NCBI GenBank assembly: GCA_964035545.1
Contig: OZ037770.1
Location: 7,016,729 to 7,080,728 of the forward strand
Length of the DNA stretch: 64,000 nt
Direction of reading: 5' to 3'
Source: Bugula neritina
Lineage: Eukaryota > Animalia > Bryozoa
In this document: one piece after another, positions 54,793 to 64,000 of the stretch
Numbering within the stretch: position 1 is the stretch's first letter
Layout: each line of letters opens with the position of its first letter
The notes under the pieces: model-generated
Database searches by the model: none
Seen by the model: only the letters and a program-made list of their open reading frames with translations
What the model was told of the DNA's origin: nothing
Translations under genes and position numbers: made by a program

Positions 54793-56370
54793 TCAGGGTA
54801 ATTAAAAATGTTCCAGTGTATTTCAGTATCTTGCAGTATGTTGCAGTGTATTTCAGTATGTTACAGTGTATTTCAGTATGTTGCAGTATCTTGCAGTATA
54901 TTTCAATATATTGCAGTATATTTTAGTATGTTGCTTATGTTTCAGTATGTTACAGTATCTTTTAGTATTTTGCAGTATAATCCAATGTGTTGCAGTGTGT
55001 TTCAGTATGTTACAGTGCATTTAAGTATGTTGCAGTATGTTTCAGTATTTTGCAGTATATTTCACTGTGTTACACTGTATTTCTATATTTTACAGTGTTT
55101 ATCAGTAGGTTGCAGTATGTTGCAGTATGTTGCTGTGTATTTCATTATGTCACACTGTATTTTAGTATGTTGCAGTATATTGCATTATATGTCAGTATAT
55201 GGCAGTATATTTTAGTATGTTGCTTATGTTTCAGTATGTTACAGTATGTTTTAGTATTTTGCAGTATATTTCACTGTGTTACAGTGTATTTCAATATTTT
55301 ACAGTGTTTTTCAGTAGGTTGCAGTATGTTGCAGTATACTTCAGTATATTTCAGTATGTTGCCTATGTTTCAGTATGTTACAGTATGTTTTAGTATTTTG
55401 CAGTATATTTCACTGTGTTACAGTGTATTTCAATATGTTACAGTGTAATTTAGTATATTGCAGTATGTTGCAGCGTATTTCAGTATGTTGCAGTGTTTTT
55501 CAGTATGTTGCAGTATCTTGCATTATATTTCAGTATGTTGCAGTTTATTTCAGTATGTTGCATATGATTCAGTATGTTACAGTATGTTTTAGTATTTTGC
55601 AGTATATTTCACTGTGTTACAGTGTATTTCAATATGTTACAGTGTAATTTAGTATATTGCAGTATGTTGCAGCGTATTTCAGTATGTTGCAGTGTTTTTC
55701 AGTATGTTGCAGTATCTTGCATTATATTTCAGTATGTTGCAGTATATTTTGGTATGTTGCTTATGTTTCAGTATGTTACAGTATGTTTCAGTATTTTGCA
55801 GTATATTTCACTGTGTTACACTGTATTTCTATATTTTACAGTGTTTATCAGTAGGTTGCAGTATGTTGCAGTATGTTGCTGTGTATTTCATTATGTCACA
55901 CTGTATTTTAGTATGTTGCAGTATATTGCATTATATGTCAGTATATGGCAGTATATTTTAGTATGTTGCTTATGTTTCAGTATGTTACAGTATGTTTTAG
56001 TATTTTGCAGTATATTTCACTGTGTTACAGTGTATTTCAATATTTTACACTGTTTTTCAGTAGGTTGCAGTATGTTGCAGTATACTTCAGTATATTTCAG
56101 TATGTTGCTTATGTTTCAGTATGTTACAGTACGTTTTAGTATTCTGCAGTATATTTCACTGTGTTACAGTGTATTTCAATATGTTACAGTGTAATTTAGT
56201 ATATTGCAGTATGTTGCAGCGTATTTCAGTATGTTGCAGTGTATTTCAGTATGTTGCAGTATCTTGCATTATATTTCAGTATGTTGCAGTTTATTTCAGT
56301 ATGTTGCATATGATTCAGTATGTTACAGTATGTTTTAGTATTTTGCAGTATATTTCACTGTGTTACTGTG
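54793..56370 (+). repeat. Block repeated from about 44250-45830 (offset 10543)
   Basis: ORF pairs 44265/54808, 44444/54987, 44656/55199 and 45031/55574. Confidence 0.85.
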
Positions 56371-56879
56371 TATTTCAATATTTTACAGTGTCTTTCAGTA
56401 GGTTGCAGTATGTTGCAGTGTATTTCAGTATGAAACAGTGTATTTCAGTATGTTGCAGTATCTTGAATTATATTTCAATATGTTGCAGTATATTTCAGTA
56501 TATTACCGTATATTTAGGTATTTTGCAGTATATTCCAATGTGTTCCAGTGTGTGTCAGTATGTTACAGTGCATTTCAGTATGTTGCAGCATGTTGCAGTA
56601 TATTTCAGTATGTTGCAGGATATTTCAGTGTGTTGCAGTATATTTCAATGTGTTGCAGGGTAATTAAAAATGTTCCAGTGTATTTCAGTATCTTGCAGTA
56701 TGTTGCAGTGTATTTCAGTATGTTACAGTGTATTTCAGTATGTTGCAGTATCTTGCAGTATATTTCAGTATATTGCAGTATATTTTAGTATGCTGCTTAT
56801 GTTTCAGTATGTTACAGTATCTTTTAGTATTTTGCAGTATATTTCACTGTGTTACAGTGTATTTCAATATTTTATAGTG

Positions 56880-59800
56880 TTTTTCAGTAGGTTGCAGTAT
56901 GTTGCGGTATGTTGCAGCATACTTCAGTATGTTGCAGTATATTTCGCTGTGTTGCAGCATATTTCAGTCTGTTGCAGTATGTTTCAATGTGTTGCAGGGT
57001 ATTTCGATATGTTACAGTGAACTTCAGTATGTTGCAGTATATTTCAGTATGTTGCTCATGTTTCAGTGTGTTACAGTATGTCTTAGTATTTTGCAGTATA
57101 TTTCACTGTGTTACACTGTATTTCTATATTTTACAGTGTTTATCAGTAGGTTGCAGTATGTTGCAGTATGTTGCTGTGTATTTCATTATGTCACACTGTA
57201 TTTTAGTATGTTGCAGTATATTGCATTATATGTCAGTATATGGCAGTATATTTTAGTATGTTGCTTATGTTTCAGTATGTTACAGTATGTTTTAGTATTT
57301 TGCAGTATATTTCACTGTGTTACAGTGTATTTCAATATTTTACAGTGTTTTTCAGTAGGTTGCAGTATGTTGCAGTATACTTCAGTATATTTCAGTATGT
57401 TGTTTATGTTTCAGTATGTTACAGTATGTTTTAGTATTTTGCAGTATATTTCACTGTGTTACAGTGTATTTCAATATGTTACAGTGTAATTTAGTATATT
57501 GCAGTATGTTGCAGCGTATTTCAGTATGTTGCAGTGTTTTGCAGTATGTTGCAGTATCTTGCATTATATTTCAGTATGTTGCAGTTTATTTCAGTATGTT
57601 GCATATGATTCAGTATGTTACAGTATGTTTTAGTATTTTGCAGTATATTTCACTGTGTTACAGTGTATTTCAATATGCTACAGTGTAATTTAGTATATTG
57701 CAGTATGTTGCGGCGTATTTCAGTATGTTGCAGTGTTTTTCAGTATGTTGCAGTATCTTGCATTATATTTCAGTATGTTGCAGTATATTTTGGTATGTTG
57801 CTTATGTTTCAGTATGTTACAGTATGTTTCGGTATTTTGCAGTATATTTCACTGTGTTACACTGTATTTCTATATTTTACAGTGTTTATCAGTAGGTTGC
57901 AGTATGTTGCAGTATGTTGCTGTGTATTTCATTATGTCACACTGTATTTTAGTATGTTGCAGTATATTGCATTATATGTCAGTATATGGCAGTATATTTT
58001 AGTATGTTGCTTATGTTTCAGTATGTTACAGTATGTTTTAGTATTTTGCAGTATATTTCACTGTGTTACAGTGTATTTCAATATTTTTTCAGTGTTTTTC
58101 AGTAGGTTGCAGTATGTTGCAGTATATTTCAGTATATTTCAGTATGTTGCTTATGTTTCAGTATGTTACAGTACGTTTTAGTATTTTGCAGTATATTTCA
58201 CTGTGTTACAGTGTATTTCAATATGTTACAGTGTAATTTAGTATATTGCAGTATGTTGCAGCGTATTTCAGTATGTTGCAGTGTATTTCAGTATGTTGCA
58301 GTATCTTGCATTGTATTTCAGTATGTTGCAGTTTATTTCAGTATGTTGCATATGATTCAGTATGTTACAGTATGTTTTAGTATTTTGCAGTATATTTCAC
58401 TGTGTTACAGTGTATTTCAATATTTTACAGTGTCTTTCAGTAGGTCGCAGTATGTTGCGGTATGTTGCAGCATACTTCAGTATGTTGCAGTATATTTCGC
58501 TGTGTTGCAGCATATTTCAGTCTGTTGCAGTATGTTTCAATGTGTTGCAGGGTATTTCGATATGTTACAGTGAACTTCAGTATGTTGCAGTATATTTCAG
58601 TATGTTGCTCATGTTTCAGTGTGTTACAGTATGTCTTAGTATTTTGCAGTATATTTCACTGTGTTACACTGTATTTCTATATTTTACAGTGTTTATCAGT
58701 AGGTTGCAGTATGTTGCAGTATGTTGCTGTGTATTTCATTATGTCACACTGTATTTTAGTATGTTGCAGTATATTGCATTATATGTCAGTATATGGCAGT
58801 ATATTTTAGTATGTTGCTTATGTTTCAGTATGTTACAGTATGTTTTAGTATTTTGCAGTTTATTTCACTGTGTTACAGTGTATTTCAATATTTTACAGTG
58901 TTTTTCAGTAGGTTGCAGTATGTTGCAGTATACTTCAGTATATTTCAGTATGTTGTTTATGTTTCAGTATGTTACAGTATGTTTTAGTATTTTGCAGTAT
59001 ATTTCACTGTGTTACAGTGTATTTCAATATGTTACAGTGTAATTTAGTATATTGCAGTATGTTGCAGCGTATTTCAGTATGTTGCAGTGTTTTTCAGTAT
59101 GTTGCAGTATCTTGCATTATATTTCAGTATGTTGCAGTTTATTTCAGTATGTTGCATATGATTCAGTATGTTACAGTATGTTTTAGTATTTTGCAGTATA
59201 TTTCACTGTGTTACAGTGTATTTCAATATGTTACAGTGTAATTTAGTATATTGCAGTATGTTGCAGCGTATTTCAGTATGTTGCAGTGTTTTTCAGTATG
59301 TTGCAGTATCTTGCATTATATTTCAGTATGTTGCAGTATATTTTGGTATGTTGCTTATGTTTCAGTATGTTACAGTATGTTTCGGTATTTTGCAGTATAT
59401 TTCACTGTGTTACACTGTATTTCTATATTTTACAGTGTTTATCAGTAGGTTGCAGTATGTTGCAGTATGTTGCTGTGTATTTCATTATGTCACACTGTAT
59501 TTTAGTATGTTGCAGTATATTGCATTATATGTCAGTATATGGCAGTATATTTTAGTATGTTGCTTATGTTTCAGTATGTTACAGTATGTTTTAGTATTTT
59601 GCAGTATATTTCACTGTGTTACAGTGTATTTCAATATTTTTTCAGTGTTTTTCAGTAGGTTGCAGTATGTTGCAGTATACTTCAGTATATTTCAGTATGT
59701 TGCTTATGTTTCAGTATGTTACAGTACGTTTTAGTATTTTGCAGTATATTTCACTGTGTTACAGTGTATTTCAATATGTTACAGTGTAATTTAGTATATT

Positions 59801-60010
59801 GCAGTATGTTGCAGCGTATTTCAGTATGTTGCAGTGTATTTCAGTATGTTGCAGTATCTTGCATTATATTTCAGTATGTTGCAGTTTATTTCAGTATGTT
59901 GCATATGATTCAGTATGTTACAGTATGTTTTAGTATTTTGCAGTATATTTCACTGTGTTACAGTGTATTTCAATATTTTACAGTGTCTTTCAGTAGGTCG
60001 CAGTATGTTG
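56880..60010 (+). repeat. Tandem duplication, period 1553 bp
   Basis: ORF pairs 56909/58462, 57240/58793, 57615/59168 and 58163/59716. Both copies share the private insertion ATATTTTTTC (58081, 59634). Confidence 0.9.
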
Positions 60011-61447
60011 CAGTGTATTTCAGTATGAAACAGTGTATTTCAGTATGTTGCAGTATCTTGAATTATATTTCAATATGTTGCAGTATATTTCAGTATATTA
60101 CCGTATATTTAGGTATTTTGCAGTATATTCCAATGTGTTCCAGTGTGTGTCAGTATGTTACAGTGCATTTCAGTATGTTGCAGCATGTTGCAGTATATTT
60201 CAGTATGTTGCAGGATATTTCAGTGTGTTGCAGTATATTTCAATGTGTTGCAGGGTAATTAAAAATGTTCCAGTGTATTTCAGTATCTTGCAGTATGTTG
60301 CAGTGTATTTCAGTATGTTACAGTGTATTTCAGTATGTTGCAGTATCTTGCAGTATATTTCAGTATATTGCAGTATATTTTAGTATGTTGCTTATGTTTC
60401 AGTATGTTACAGTATCTTTTAGTATTTTGCAGTATATTTCACTGTGTTACAGTGTATTTCAGTATTTTATAGTGTTTTTCAGTAGGTTGCAGTATGTTGC
60501 GGTATGTTGCAGCATACTTCAGTATGTTGCAGTATATTTCGCTGTGTTGCAGCATATTTCAGTCTGTTGCAGTATGTTTCAATGTGTTGCAGGGTATTTC
60601 GATATGTTACAGTGAACTTCAGTATGTTGCAGTATATTTCAGTATGTTGCTCATGTTTCAGTGTGTTACAGTATGTTTTAGTATTTTGCAGTATATTTCA
60701 CTGTGTGACAGTGTATTTCAATATTTTACAGTGTTTTTCAGTGGGTCGCAGTATGTTGCAGCATGTTGCAGTGTATTTCAGTGTGTCACAGTTTTTTTCA
60801 GTATCTTTCACTATATTGCATTATATTTCAATATGTTGCAGTATATTTCAGTATGTTGCAGTATGTTACAGTACATTTTTGTATATTACCCTATACTTCA
60901 GCGAGTTGTGGTGTTTCTTAGTATGCTACGGCGTAATTCAGTATGTTGCAGTAATTTTAAATGTGTTACAGTATATTTCAGTATATTACCGTATATTTAG
61001 GTATTTCGCAGTATAATCCAATGTGTTGCAGTGTGTTTCAGTATGTTACAGTGCATTTAAGTATGTTGCAGTATGTTGCAGTATATTTCAGTATTTTGCA
61101 GTGTACGTATGTGTGTTGCAGTATATTCCAGTGTGTTGCAGGTTATTTCAATGTGTTGCAGGGTATTTCAATATTATGTTACAGTGTATTTCAGTATGTT
61201 GCAGTATGTTGCAGTGTATTTCAGTATGTTACAGTGTATTTCAGTATGTTGCAGTATGTTACAGTGCATTTAAGTATGTTGCAGTATGTTGCAGTATATT
61301 CAGTATTTTGCAGTGTACGTATGTGTGTTGCAGGTTATTTCAATGTGTTGCAGGGTATTTCAATATTATGTTACAGTGTATTTCAGTATGTTGCAGTATG
61401 TTGCTGTGTATTTCATTATGTCACAGTGTATTTTAGTATGTTGCAGT

Positions 61448-61463
61448 ATCATCATCATTATTA
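61448..61463 (-). repeat. LINE 3' microsatellite tail, TAATAATGATGATGAT on the minus strand
   Basis: + strand ATCATCATCATTATTA between the satellite and the ORF stop codon. Short tandem tails are typical of RTE elements. Confidence 0.85.
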
Positions 61464-62953
61464 GCTGTCCTTCGTGTCCAAAGCTGACTTCCGGTGAATC
61501 ATGGTCCTCCATTTACTTCTGTCTTTGCTGAGAGATTGCCAGCTACCAATAGGGATCTTCAGGTCTTTTAGATTGCGTTTAACGGTATCTTTGAATCTCA
61601 GTCGCGGCCTGCCAACACCACGGGTGCCTTCTTTCAGTTGTGAATAGAGAATTTGCTTAGGTAATCTAGAGTTATCCATTCGATGCACATGACCAGCCCA
61701 TCTCAGGTTTTTGTGAATGAGTAGTTCATACATGCTGGGTAGATTTGCCTGTGCTAGAGTCTCCTCATTCGAGATGAAATCTCACCACTCCACGTTCAAG
61801 ATCTGGCGTAGATGTCTCATCATATAGGTGTTGAATTTGTGAGCGGCTATCCTGTATACAGGCCAGGCCTCCGCTCCATAGAGCAGAGAGGACAAGACAA
61901 TGGCTCTGTACACTGTACACTTGGTCTTGAATGACAGATCCTTATTGTACCACACTTTGGTCTGTAGTCTGCTGAATGAGATTGAAGCATTGAACATCCT
62001 TGTATGAATTTCTTCATCCATCTTGTTGTTGCACATCACTGTAGACCCAAGATATTTAACCTTATTGACGTTGGCAAGGTCTTCATAATCTATGCAGATA
62101 CTGTCACCACTGTCATGGGCTCCAGGTGCCGGTTGGTAGAGTGTTTCCGTTTTCTCGATATTGATTTTCAGACCAAAAGCTTTGGAAGCTCTGGCGAATC
62201 TGTCGACTAATTCCTGTGCATCGCCATGGCTGTGTGCAACGAAGGCAGTGTTGTCAGCAAACATGAGTTCTCTAACCAATACTTTTTGTGTTCTTGTTGT
62301 TGACTTGTATTGGTTCACATTGAACAGATCAGCTCCAGGTCTACTTTGAATCCAGACGCCTTTATCACAGCTTTCAAATGCGTGCTGTAGAACAGCCGAT
62401 AATAAAATAGAGAATAGTGTTGGAGCCAACACACATCCTTGTTTCACACCATTGTTGACCTGGAACGACTCAGATAACTCCTCCTTCAGCTTGACTGAGG
62501 CCTTCATGTCAGTATGGAGAGCGCTGATAAGATTGGTGAAGTGAATGGGAAAACCGAGTTTCTGTAAGATCTTCCACAGGGTCAACAGTATCGAACGCTT
62601 TGGTGAAGTCAATGAAGACCATGTACAGGGGCATGTTTTTGCTCGATGCATTTTTCCTGTATCTGCTTCAGTGCAAATATCATGTCTGCTGTTCCCCTTC
62701 CACTACGGAATCCACACTGAGTTTCGGGTAGGAAGTTTTCTGCATATGATGTCAGTCTATTTAGAAGGACACGAGCAAAAACTTTACCGGGAATTGAAAG
62801 CAGGGAGATACCTCTGTAGTTACCGCACAGCTTCCGATCACCCTTTGTGAAGATGGTTATAAGTTGGGCATCTTTCCAATCTTGAGGGACTACAGCAGTT
62901 TTCCATGCCTCCTTTATTATCTCATAGAGAGTACTTATTAGTTTTGATAACCT
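61461..62953 (-). pseudogene. Disrupted reverse transcriptase ORF of the RTE LINE
   Basis: +1 frameshift in the T5 run at 62636-62640. Small deletion/frameshift near 62580, between AFDTVD and LWKIL. Catalytic FADD changed to FADN (62250-62261). In-frame TGA at 61782-61784 separates ORFs 61782..62651 and 61461..61733. Confidence 0.9.
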
Positions 62954-62954
62954 C

Positions 62955-64000
62955 CACAGTTAGTTTAAGGTCACACTTTTCATTTTCTGGCTCTTTGCCA
63001 GGTGCTTTATGTTCTATATGAACAATGTTCCACTGATAGCTCGAACAGGTTGAATGTCACAGGAACAAAAAAAATATGAAAAGATAAAGAAACTTATGTT
63101 CTCCAATATACTTTTTTATTTTTTTCAAAAACCAATTCATGTTTAAGTTATAGCTTGTTGAAAAACATAGTCCCCCTTCCACATTCTTTTCAATTTATAC
63201 GCTCCTGACTTGTTATTGCGTCTCAATATGCCTTGTATTTGAGTGCTAGTTAGTCTTGCTTCACTAACTTTGCCTATACTTCACAAGTGCCAGTGCTGCT
63301 GGCTCAAAAGCTAAATGTTATAAACTGTCAGCTAAAACCCAATCTTGTATTCCTAGGTTGGTTAGCCTAAACAAAACAATAGTCAAATCATGATTTCATG
63401 TTTTAAAAATTTACTCTATTCTAACCTGCTGCCTAGCTATAGTTCTATTTTTGATGTATAATTACAAAATTTGTGATACATTTTTTTGGCAACCATGTGA
63501 TTTATAAAATGCAGTAATGGTACTTATAATATTATATTATTATCATTATAATATATTATATAGTATTATGTGTGTTTTTATTATACTGCATAATATCTAT
63601 TTTATTATTGTTGTTGTGCAAACAAGTGCAATTAACCTAGTTTTCAAAATGTACCTCTAAATTATCAGAATATCAGTTTAGATATGTTCATGCTTTGTAA
63701 GGTAAACCTAAAAAAAGAGGCTGTATTCCCAAAGTAAAGGGTGTTGAACTATGAACTATATTAGATTAGCCACTCTGCTACCAAGTGCATCAGTATAATA
63801 TTATATGAATAGCTCTGATGCTTTGTCTCCGGTGGCTGGCTGCGATATGATAACTTGGCCAACTTCCAAGAGTTTAAAATTGGCGCAATTATTCAAGAGG
63901 TTACATACTGCACAGAGCTAGCAGTGATAGTAACCTTGCTATTGACAGTACTTATTACAACTGCCAGCATATAAGCTGCATTGTAGAATGCCGTTGGGGT
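62955..64000. mobile_element. Second copy of the same non-autonomous DNA transposon (left 1046 bp, cut by the window end), same orientation, inserted in the LINE RT
   Basis: Begins CACAGTTAGTTTAAGGTC and is collinear with 37113-38148. About two dozen substitutions and three small indels by eye. Confidence 0.95.

Larger units (their letters stand above)
39680..61447 (+). repeat. Satellite DNA array, right arm: same monomer family, different higher-order variants
   Basis: The same monomers resume directly after the right TIR (GTTGCAGTATC...) and stop at ...GTTGCAGT|ATCATCATC, the LINE tail. Confidence 0.98.
61448..62954 (-). mobile_element. Non-LTR retrotransposon (LINE, RTE clade, BovB/RTE-like), 3' portion; interrupted at 62955 by a DNA transposon
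   Basis: Minus-strand translation gives VPQDWKDAQLITIFTKGDRKLCGNYRGISLLSIPGKVFARVLLNRL, LPETQCGFRSGRGTADMIF, FIDFTKAFDTV, GVKQGCVLAPTLF, KYLGS, LRWAGHVHRMDNSRLPKQILY and GRPRLRFKD. A (TAA)/(TGA)n microsatellite tail follows the stop directly. Confidence 0.93.

Noticed and set aside
1-61447. CRISPR array or other repeat-spacer system
   Set aside because: There is no constant repeat separated by unique spacers and no cas genes. All the sequence is variant monomers, and the LINE indicates a eukaryote.
1-61447. Telomerase-synthesised telomeric repeat (G/T-rich strand bias)
   Set aside because: There are no G-runs, variants are inherited in kb-scale duplications rather than re-templated, and internal TE insertions are retained. 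Strand skew is expected for any single-orientation array.
8-61531. Hundreds of + strand ORFs up to 397 aa, rich in C, V, S, Q, Y and F (MLQYVAVCCSIFQ...)
   Set aside because: The consensus monomers contain ATG and no stop codon in any + frame, and a 10-bp period cycles through all three frames. ORFs overlap in every frame with the same vocabulary and show no frame preference, so they are artefacts. The minus strand is closed by TGA from TTCA.
62004-62850. + strand ORFs 62004..62210, 62161..62349 and 62545..62850
   Set aside because: These are antisense shadows of the minus-strand reverse transcriptase.
61461-62954. Active RT responsible for generating the adjacent repeat array (retron, DGR or telomerase-like system)
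   Set aside because: It is an ordinary RTE LINE RT with frameshifts, a premature stop and loss of a catalytic Asp. It inserted into pre-existing satellite and contains no template matching the monomer.

Overview
This looks like eukaryotic (probably invertebrate metazoan) heterochromatic sequence with no credible host protein-coding gene. About 59 kb is one head-to-tail satellite array built from a 10-bp monomer family (CAGTATGTTG / CAGTATATTT / CAGTGTATTT / CAGTATGTTA), all in one orientation. It is organised into nested higher-order repeats with offsets of 199, 219, 746, 1553, 1735, 2781, 3225, 4401, 5369, 5837, 8325 and 10543 bp. A 2567-bp non-autonomous DNA transposon (37113-39679) splits the array. 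It has a perfect 18-bp TIR CACAGTTAGTTTAAGGTC, an imperfect inverted homology of about 160 bp, a 2-bp GT target-site duplication confirmed by empty-site paralogues in the window, and an internal tRNA-like Pol III cassette. The array ends at a decayed minus-strand RTE-clade LINE (61448-62954), which is interrupted by a second copy of the same transposon running off the window. The hundreds of + strand C/V/S/Q/Y/F-rich ORFs are translation artefacts of a stop-free monomer. The best leads are the transposon's composite CAC...TTAA-GG end architecture, its tRNA-like cassette at the border of two separately evolving satellite domains, and a conserved diverged box recurring through the satellite. None of these is proven to be a new system. 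HOR boundaries were read by eye and from ORF-track offsets and are approximate to tens of bp.
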